A DNA stretch of 64,000 nt, taken from an uncultured Bacteroidales bacterium (lineage in GTDB: Bacteria; Bacteroidota; Bacteroidia; Bacteroidales; UBA3663). Shown here in pieces: positions 55,559-62,510 of the stretch (position 1 is the first letter of the stretch; every line of letters begins with the position of its first letter). A program made the translations under genes and the position numbers. The notes under the pieces are model-generated. The model was not told the DNA's origin. It ran no database searches and saw only the letters and a list, made by a program, of their open reading frames with translations. The stretch spans positions 48,218-112,217 of the forward strand of contig CACXTQ010000005.1 of NCBI GenBank assembly GCA_902770595.1, given 5' to 3'.

Positions 55559-55614
55559 CTAATTGTTAATTGTTAATTATTAATTGTTAATTGATAATTG
55601 TTAATTGATAATGG
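55559..55614. repeat. TTAATTG heptamer tract (about 8 units) filling the oadA-oadB intergenic spacer
   Basis: aattg ttaattg ttaatta ttaattg ttaattg ataattg ttaattg ataATGg. The last unit contains the oadB start codon. Confidence 0.9.
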
Positions 55615-56858
55615 ATTTCATCAATACAATATTCTCCAACCTGTGGCACATGACAGCGTTCAGCGACATCGCCGCTGATCCACGCTTCATCATCATGTAC
55701 CTGCTTGGCTTCCTGTTCCTCTATCTGGGCATCTCGAAGCACTACGAGCCGCTGTTGCTCGTCCCGATTGCCATGGGCATTCTTCTGGCCAACTTCCCCG
55801 GCGGCGAGATGGGTGTCTTCGGTGCCGACGGTCAGGGTATCGTCCATCACAATGGTCAGGAATACCACGTCTATGAAATGGGTCTGCCCGAGATTGCTCA
55901 CGAACTCGGTCTGATGAACATGATCTACTACTGGCTCATCAAGACGGGCCTCATCCCACCGCTCATCTTCATGGGTGTGGGTGCCATGACCGACTTTGGC
56001 CCAATGCTCCGCAACCTGAAACTTGCCATCTTCGGCGCTGCTGCCCAGCTCGGTATTTTCAGTGTGGTACTCGTAGCTATCGGCGTGTTCGGTTTCACTC
56101 CTCAGGAGGCTGGTTCTCTCGGCATCATCGGTGGCGCTGACGGTCCTACCGCCATCTTCACCACCATCAAGCTGGCTCCTCATCTGCTGGGCCCCATCGC
56201 CATTGCTGCATATTCATACATGGCCCTCGTGCCTGTAATCATCCCGTGGGTTGTCAAGATCTGCTGCCGCAAGAAGGATCTCGAGATTAACATGAAGGAG
56301 ATGGATAAGCTCTATCCCGATAAGCTCAAGATCAAGAACCTGCGCGTGGCCAAGATCATCTTCCCAATCTTCGTCACTGTCCTTGTGGCCATCATCGTGC
56401 CTTCGGCTGTCAGCCTTATCGGCATGCTGATGTTTGGCAACCTCATCAAGGAGATTGGCTCCGACACAGCCCGCATCGCCGACACCGCAGCCAATGCGCT
56501 GATGAACATCTGCACCATCTTCCTGGGTCTCTCGGTGGGTGCTACGATGACCGTCGAGTCATTCCTCAACCTTACCACGCTTGGCATCATTGTCGGAGGC
56601 TTCCTGGCCTTCGCAGTCTCTATCGCAGGTGGTATCGGTCTGGTCTATCTCTTCAACCTCTTCTCAAAGAAGAAGATCAACCCGCTCGTAGGTGCCTGTG
56701 GTCTCTCCGCCGTGCCCATGGCCAGCCGTGTTGCCAATGGTATCGCCACCAGCATCAACCCCAAGAACAACATCCTCAACTACTGCATGTCGTCCAACAT
56801 CTCTGGTGTGATTGGTTCTGCAGTCGCTGCCGGTGTGCTCATCTCCTTCTTGGGATAA
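55611..56858 (+). CDS. oadB: Na+-translocating decarboxylase beta subunit
   Basis: Start at the ATG at 55611 (MDFINTIF). Polytopic, with EPLLLVPIAMGILLAN and GADGPT blocks typical of OadB/GcdB/MmdB. Confidence 0.88.
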   Translation: MDFINTIFSNLWHMTAFSDIAADPRFIIMYLLGFLFLYLGISKHYEPLLLVPIAMGILLANFPGGEMGVFGADGQGIVHHNGQEYHVYEMGLPEIAHELGLMNMIYYWLIKTGLIPPLIFMGVGAMTDFGPMLRNLKLAIFGAAAQLGIFSVVLVAIGVFGFTPQEAGSLGIIGGADGPTAIFTTIKLAPHLLGPIAIAAYSYMALVPVIIPWVVKICCRKKDLEINMKEMDKLYPDKLKIKNLRVAKIIFPIFVTVLVAIIVPSAVSLIGMLMFGNLIKEIGSDTARIADTAANALMNICTIFLGLSVGATMTVESFLNLTTLGIIVGGFLAFAVSIAGGIGLVYLFNLFSKKKINPLVGACGLSAVPMASRVANGIATSINPKNNILNYCMSSNISGVIGSAVAAGVLISFLG

Positions 56859-56876
56859 TCCTATGAAATAAGAAAT

Positions 56877-56920
56877 GCGCGTCCGTCTTTCCCAGATCGG
56901 GCGCGCCATTTCGTCTTTTT
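56877..56920 (+). terminator. GC-rich hairpin + T-run after oadB
   Basis: gcgcgtccg pairs with cgggcgcgc (one G-U), then catttcgtcttttt. Confidence 0.55.
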
Positions 56921-57000
56921 GCATTTGCCCGATTAAACCTTTCGATGGCAAATGCGTCCAAACAACGAATTTTAACCCACTAATACACTATCAACAAGAA

Positions 57001-58254
57001 ATGTCAAGAGTATTGCTTATCGGCTGCGGAGGTGTAGGCACCGTAGCAGCGCACAAGTTGGCCCAGAACGCCGACGTGTTTACCGACATCTGTATTGCCA
57101 GCCGCACCAAGAGCAAGTGCGACGCAACAGCCGAGGCCATCCGTGCCAAGGGCTACAGCAAGAACGGCGTGGTGGCCAACATCACCACCGCACAGGTCGA
57201 TGCCGACAGCGTGCCCCAGCTTGTGGCACTCATGAAGGAGTTCAAGCCCGAACTCTGCATCAACCTCGCCCTTCCCTATCAGGACCTCACCATCATGGAT
57301 GCTTGCCTCGAAGCTGGCGTGAACTATATGGACACCGCCAACTACGAACCCAAGGACGAGGCACATTTCGAATACAGCTGGCAGTGGGCCTACCGCGAGC
57401 GTTTCGAGAAGGCTGGTCTTTGCGCTATCCTCGGCTGCGGTTTCGATCCAGGTGTGACCTCCATCTTCACCGCCTACGCTGCCAAGCATCACTTCAAGGA
57501 GATCCAGTACCTTGACATCGTCGACTGCAACGCAGGCAATCACCACAAGGCATTTGCCACCAACTTCAACCCCGAGATCAACATCCGCGAGATCACCCAG
57601 AAGGGCCTCTACTACGAGAACGGCAAGTACATCGAGACCGAACCGATGGAGATTCACAAGCCCCTCACCTATCCTGGCATCGGCCCCAAGGAGTCCTATC
57701 TGCTTCACCACGAGGAGATCGAGTCGCTGGTCATCAACTATCCCACCATCAAGCGTGCGCGCTTCTGGATGACCTTCGGCCAGCAGTATCTCACCTACCT
57801 CGACGTAATCCAGAACATCGGCATGTCGCGCATCGACGAGATTGAATACAAGGCACCCCTTGCCGACGGCTCGGGCGATGCAGTGGTCAAGATCGTGCCT
57901 CTGCAGTTCCTCAAGGCCGTGCTGCCCAATCCCAAGGAGCTTGGCGAGAACTACGACGGCGAGACTTCCATCGGCTGCCGCATCCGTGGCATCGGCAACG
58001 ACGGCAAGGAGCACACCTACTACGTCTGGAACAACTGCAGCCACCGCGAGGCCTATCTCGAGACGGGTATGCAGGGCGTAAGCTACACCACGGGCGTGCC
58101 TGCCATGATTGGCGCCATGATGTTCCTCAAGGGCATCTGGAGCAAACCGGGCGTTCACAACGTCGAGGAGTTCGATCCCGATCCATTCATGGCCGAACTC
58201 AACATCCATGGCCTGCCCTGGCACGAAGAGCACGACGGCGATCTCGAACTCTGA
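57001..58254 (+). CDS. Saccharopine-dehydrogenase-family enzyme, carboxynorspermidine dehydrogenase-like
   Basis: Start trimmed to MSRVLLIGCGGVGTVAAHKL (Rossmann fold). YMDTANYEP and GCGFDPGVTSIF blocks. Confidence 0.75.
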   Translation: MSRVLLIGCGGVGTVAAHKLAQNADVFTDICIASRTKSKCDATAEAIRAKGYSKNGVVANITTAQVDADSVPQLVALMKEFKPELCINLALPYQDLTIMDACLEAGVNYMDTANYEPKDEAHFEYSWQWAYRERFEKAGLCAILGCGFDPGVTSIFTAYAAKHHFKEIQYLDIVDCNAGNHHKAFATNFNPEINIREITQKGLYYENGKYIETEPMEIHKPLTYPGIGPKESYLLHHEEIESLVINYPTIKRARFWMTFGQQYLTYLDVIQNIGMSRIDEIEYKAPLADGSGDAVVKIVPLQFLKAVLPNPKELGENYDGETSIGCRIRGIGNDGKEHTYYVWNNCSHREAYLETGMQGVSYTTGVPAMIGAMMFLKGIWSKPGVHNVEEFDPDPFMAELNIHGLPWHEEHDGDLEL

Positions 58255-58365
58255 TCTTTCTTTTCTATCACGAATTAGAGAATTTGAGAATATTATTATT
58301 TGACCCTATCTCTATTCGATACTCAATTCGATAATTCTTGAAAAAAGTATATCGTCGAAAAAAAC

Positions 58366-58402
58366 AAGCCCTCGGAATCTAGGTCTCGAGGGCTTTTCTT
58401 TT
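58366..58402 (+). terminator. Intrinsic terminator marking the end of the core block
   Basis: aagccctcg (58366..58374) pairs with cgagggctt (58386..58394), then ttctttt. Confidence 0.75.
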
Positions 58403-58526
58403 CCTCCCCACTCGGATCAACCATCCTGGTCATGCCAGTCAATGGATCGAACAGATAATCCATTTTTTATAGTTATCCCCTATTCAAATAAACTTATAAA
58501 GATTATTTAACGAATCTTCAAAGCCA

Positions 58527-58898
58527 TTAGTGAAGAAATGCACCAATAGAAAATGCTGCAATTAACCCTATAATTAAACTAATAGGCACCAGGGACGGAA
58601 ATAGCCACTGAGATAAAAACGTATTGTATTTAGAGTCCTTAAATTTTTCAATTATTTTAGTTTTATTTTTTTTGTATCTTATGTATGACAAATAGAAGCC
58701 TGTTGCATACAAGATAATAATTGCAATTTTCCCATTGACTTTATCTTGTACCAATGTATGCAGAATTTCCATCCAAACAGCTGATGCTATATTGAGAAAA
58801 ACCGCTGCCGTTGCAAATGAACCATATAATAAAGCAGGATCTTTTCTTGCTTGATAATATAAATACATCCGATAAAAATAATAGTCAAAAATAGTCAT
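58527..58898 (-). CDS. Multi-TM small protein, candidate cognate immunity protein of the RHS toxin
   Basis: 123 aa. Its start is 11 nt after the RHS stop on the same strand. Very AT-rich. Hydrophobic spans: LLYGSFATAAVFLNIASAVWMEIL, IAIIILYATGFYLSYI and WLFPSLVPISLIIGLIAAFSIGAFL. Confidence 0.6.
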   Translation of the reverse strand: MTIFDYYFYRMYLYYQARKDPALLYGSFATAAVFLNIASAVWMEILHTLVQDKVNGKIAIIILYATGFYLSYIRYKKNKTKIIEKFKDSKYNTFLSQWLFPSLVPISLIIGLIAAFSIGAFLH

Positions 58899-58909
58899 AT
58901 TCGTTATAA

Positions 58910-61900
58910 TTAAGGTAATTTATACTCATAAAAATAGTTCAAGGATGTGTCAATCCCGTTGCCTCCTGTATATATGTGCCAGATAAGATCTGCACCAAGA
59001 TACATCAAGCCCACCGCAGGACAGTACATTCCTGCCGCCAACATAACTATATTAGTTGCGTCCCCGAGTCCAACCGCTCTCTTTTCGTAAATATTATATC
59101 CAGTACTTGCAGCATCCATTAAAATTAGTCCATAGCCTGTTCCTTTAATCACAGGCCGAACCTTTTTTACCACATTAGTTATGCTATTGTAAATTTTTGC
59201 ATTCGGAGTTTTCACTTCAAAGGCCAAACTTTTCTTTAGGTCCCAAACGAATTTGGATTTTTCGCCCGTTTTCTTCTTTAGCCATTTTTCGCTGGATTCA
59301 TCCAGATCGCTGAGAAACTTGCCAGCCACGCCCAATTCTATCGCAACAAAATCGAGGCTGTTGATGAAGTCGTTCTTAAATACCTTGCAGGTCAGATAGA
59401 CTTCATCTCCTATGACATCGCCATGCGTATAATAGGCCCTTTTCGTCTCATCGTTGTAAGTCAGATTAGAGAGGAATTCGGTATCACTTGCATGATACCA
59501 GTTGCTCATGTCAATATCCTCAAGACGAGTATAGCTTGTTACTGCATCGTAGAATTGGCAGATTAAGGCAGGGTCGCTGGTGGACCAATAATCGCAGCCA
59601 TTGTAATCTCCGAAGTTCACGGGATCACCGATGCAGTAATTGTATGGACTTACCCCAGTACTTCTTTCGCACAGCGGGTCAATCCTGTCCCACATCGGAG
59701 CCATGGCGTAATATTGGCGTGCATGGATGTCATAGTTATCCAGTCCGAAGGAGCGGTCCAGTTCCTTGCCCTCGAATTTGTAGGGCTGCAGCAATTGGCG
59801 GGTGCTGATCTCGCCGATTACTCCTCCGTATGGATAGTAGTGCGTCACCTGCTCGATGGTGTCGGCACGGCCATCAATCACCATGCGGTTGCTGCCGAGG
59901 TAGTCCTTGACAAAATAATGGATTCCGTCGATCGTATCATTGGAGAACGAGAAGTAGCCGCCATCGAAATGATAGGATTCAGGATGGCCGTTCCGGAGGA
60001 TGAGACTGCCCAGATAGTCAGTCGTGTCGCGCAGGATGGTGTATCCGAAATTCGAAAGGCGCCTTTCGTGGACAGCGCGAAGCTTCCGACCGTCGGCAGA
60101 GTATGTATAACGGATATAGTTGCCGGCGCCACCGTTGTAGAAGGCAATCGAGGTCGGATGTCCGAGGTTGCTGTAACTGATGTTATGAATATCCCTGTTA
60201 AGATCTCTGGTCAAGGCACCGTTGCGGTTATAGCTGTATTCCTGGCTGGATGAATGGCCATCGACAAAGTCCGACGATCCGTCATAGCTCAGGCTGCCGC
60301 TAGCATCCGAAACCGAGGTGCGCTGGTTGCCGTGATAACTGAGTGTCAAATTGTCGATCAGACCGTACGAATTCGTGTCAAGCAACCCACGCCGCCGCAA
60401 GACTGTGATGTTGCTGTTCTTGTCGTAAGTTATCTTTTCGCCATATTTGTCACCGAGAAAGATTGGCTGGACGGAAAGGTCGGAGGCCGTTGTTCCGACA
60501 GTCGGGCTTTGGGCACTAACAGCATCCGCAAGAGTGAAGTCCAGATCTGTCGAAGGTATGAGGGACAGTGGATTGAAGAGCGAGGGATCGGAGACATTCG
60601 ACAGAGGGACTGGCGGTACAATCCCCGGATTGGGGCCAAAAGGATTGAGCCGTGCCGTTTCCGAATACGTGGCTTCTTCCAATCGACCTGCCTCATCATA
60701 AATATAGTCATACCTGCGACTGAAGCCACCCTGGCTCGGGACATACCAACTCATGGCTGAAATGGAGCCGTTGTAAAGGGGATTGCTCGAATTGTCCTGC
60801 CTGAACAGCATCTGCTCGAATCCGCCTGCCGAACGGATACTCGTCAGCCAGCCGTGCATGGGGTCGTAGTCATATTCCATGTCGGCTGACGAACCGTCCT
60901 GATTCGTTGTCCTTACGAGATTGCCCCAGTCATCGTATTCGCAGCTGAGGGTGTCTGTCTGTGTCCTGCCTGCCGCATCTGTCACTGCGATGGTGCGATA
61001 ACGCAATAGTCGGGAGTGGGGATAGTAATGGTTGTGCTGCTCGCTAGACACAAGTGTCTCAAGGCGGCCGCTTCCCGACAACCTATTGTACGACTTCTCC
61101 TCCTTCAAGACATCACCTACAAAGTTGTACCTCATCCTATGCGTACATAACATACCATCCAGCCCGACGGAAGCTATGCAAGCTATTCGGCCTTTGGCAT
61201 CATATTGATGGCACTGGATGAGATTACCGCCATTGATGCCTGGCTGCACGGTGCCAGCGAGTAGAGTGGAAGGTTTGCCGCAAATGACAGGTAGCTCGCC
61301 ATTCGCGCCGACATCTGCATCCATGGCGCTATCGAGTGAGTCCCGGACTGCAGCCGGGATGTCGTACAGGTCGAGGAATGCGTGGGAATTGTAATAGTTC
61401 ACGACTTCGACAGCCGTAAGCGACGATTCCATGTCTGCACAGATGCTGCTGTTGTTCAGACCCATCTGCGGGACGAACCCATATCCATAAGGCTTGACGA
61501 GACTCCCGTATGCACTGCTTCCTGAGCCGTAGATGGAATAGGTAAGGCAGAAACTGTCAGTGCACGAGGGGGAACTGTTGGCGAGGCATTGCACGACAGG
61601 ACGACCCAGCTTGTCGTAGAAAACCTTACGGAAAAGGCCCTTGGCACGCAGCTCTCCGTCCTGAATGCAGACCAGGCGGTCGGCCTTGTCATACCAGAAC
61701 TTGACGGCATCGCTGCCCGGGATGCATTTCTCGATAACTCTGCCCCGCTCGTCATACTTATATCCATAGGCATAAAGCGACAAGTCGGCATTCTCCTGAT
61801 ACATGGGAGACAAGACATATCTCAGCAGGCCGAGTTTGTCATAGACAAAGTAGGTGTCAAGACAGGCTGTCGCGCCTCGGCGTTCAAGGATTGTGTTACC

Positions 61901-62509
61901 CTGCAAATCTGAGAACTGTCTGACTGTGATACCATCTTCGTCAACAAAGGTGATGCAGGAGAGGCTACCGGCTTCATAACAGCCGTCCTCGTTCACTCCT
62001 TCCCCATCTGTCCACATGACATAGTGCTTTACCTCGCCTGCTGCATTGCTGCCATAGGTGACGATTCGGCTCCTGCCAGTCCAGGCGCTGCCAGGCATGG
62101 AGACTGCCACCTGACGACCCAGGGCATCGTATTCGAATCCCCGATATGGCCTGCTGTCAGAAAAGGTGCTTGCGCTCATAGAGTGGAAATTGTCAGGCGC
62201 CAGATAATGCTGTGTCTCATCATCGGGAATTGGGCACCACGATTGCGACACTTGCCCTTGGAAATTGTAGCTGACCATCGAACGCAGATTCCGTCCGTCA
62301 GAATTTCGCCCGCTGACGAGCATCTGATTCTGCCGTCCCAGGTCATCAAAATAACGGACGGTAAAGACGCTGTCGCTGCCAGAGGTGTCAAGATAAAGAC
62401 GTTCCAGAATGTAATTGTGGCAAGTATCCTGCGCATGAGCTACCGGCAAAGAAATCAGGACAGCCATTGCCAGGAGGCAGCATCTTGTGATTTGTCTTGT
62501 CGGATTCAT
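58910..62509 (-). CDS. RHS/YD-repeat polymorphic toxin with Sec signal peptide and an unassigned C-terminal domain
   Basis: 1199 aa. Signal peptide ...LISLPVAHAQ. Many YD-type repeats (YDALGRQ, YKYDERGRV, FYDKLGRP, YDAKGRI, YIYDEAGRL, YTYSADGRKL). RHS-associated core YYPYGG...YKFEGKELD...HARQYY...SPYNYCIGDPVNFGDYNG. Then 228 aa of unrelated sequence. Confidence 0.9.
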   Translation of the reverse strand: MNPTRQITRCCLLAMAVLISLPVAHAQDTCHNYILERLYLDTSGSDSVFTVRYFDDLGRQNQMLVSGRNSDGRNLRSMVSYNFQGQVSQSWCPIPDDETQHYLAPDNFHSMSASTFSDSRPYRGFEYDALGRQVAVSMPGSAWTGRSRIVTYGSNAAGEVKHYVMWTDGEGVNEDGCYEAGSLSCITFVDEDGITVRQFSDLQGNTILERRGATACLDTYFVYDKLGLLRYVLSPMYQENADLSLYAYGYKYDERGRVIEKCIPGSDAVKFWYDKADRLVCIQDGELRAKGLFRKVFYDKLGRPVVQCLANSSPSCTDSFCLTYSIYGSGSSAYGSLVKPYGYGFVPQMGLNNSSICADMESSLTAVEVVNYYNSHAFLDLYDIPAAVRDSLDSAMDADVGANGELPVICGKPSTLLAGTVQPGINGGNLIQCHQYDAKGRIACIASVGLDGMLCTHRMRYNFVGDVLKEEKSYNRLSGSGRLETLVSSEQHNHYYPHSRLLRYRTIAVTDAAGRTQTDTLSCEYDDWGNLVRTTNQDGSSADMEYDYDPMHGWLTSIRSAGGFEQMLFRQDNSSNPLYNGSISAMSWYVPSQGGFSRRYDYIYDEAGRLEEATYSETARLNPFGPNPGIVPPVPLSNVSDPSLFNPLSLIPSTDLDFTLADAVSAQSPTVGTTASDLSVQPIFLGDKYGEKITYDKNSNITVLRRRGLLDTNSYGLIDNLTLSYHGNQRTSVSDASGSLSYDGSSDFVDGHSSSQEYSYNRNGALTRDLNRDIHNISYSNLGHPTSIAFYNGGAGNYIRYTYSADGRKLRAVHERRLSNFGYTILRDTTDYLGSLILRNGHPESYHFDGGYFSFSNDTIDGIHYFVKDYLGSNRMVIDGRADTIEQVTHYYPYGGVIGEISTRQLLQPYKFEGKELDRSFGLDNYDIHARQYYAMAPMWDRIDPLCERSTGVSPYNYCIGDPVNFGDYNGCDYWSTSDPALICQFYDAVTSYTRLEDIDMSNWYHASDTEFLSNLTYNDETKRAYYTHGDVIGDEVYLTCKVFKNDFINSLDFVAIELGVAGKFLSDLDESSEKWLKKKTGEKSKFVWDLKKSLAFEVKTPNAKIYNSITNVVKKVRPVIKGTGYGLILMDAASTGYNIYEKRAVGLGDATNIVMLAAGMYCPAVGLMYLGADLIWHIYTGGNGIDTSLNYFYEYKLP

Positions 62510-62510
62510 G

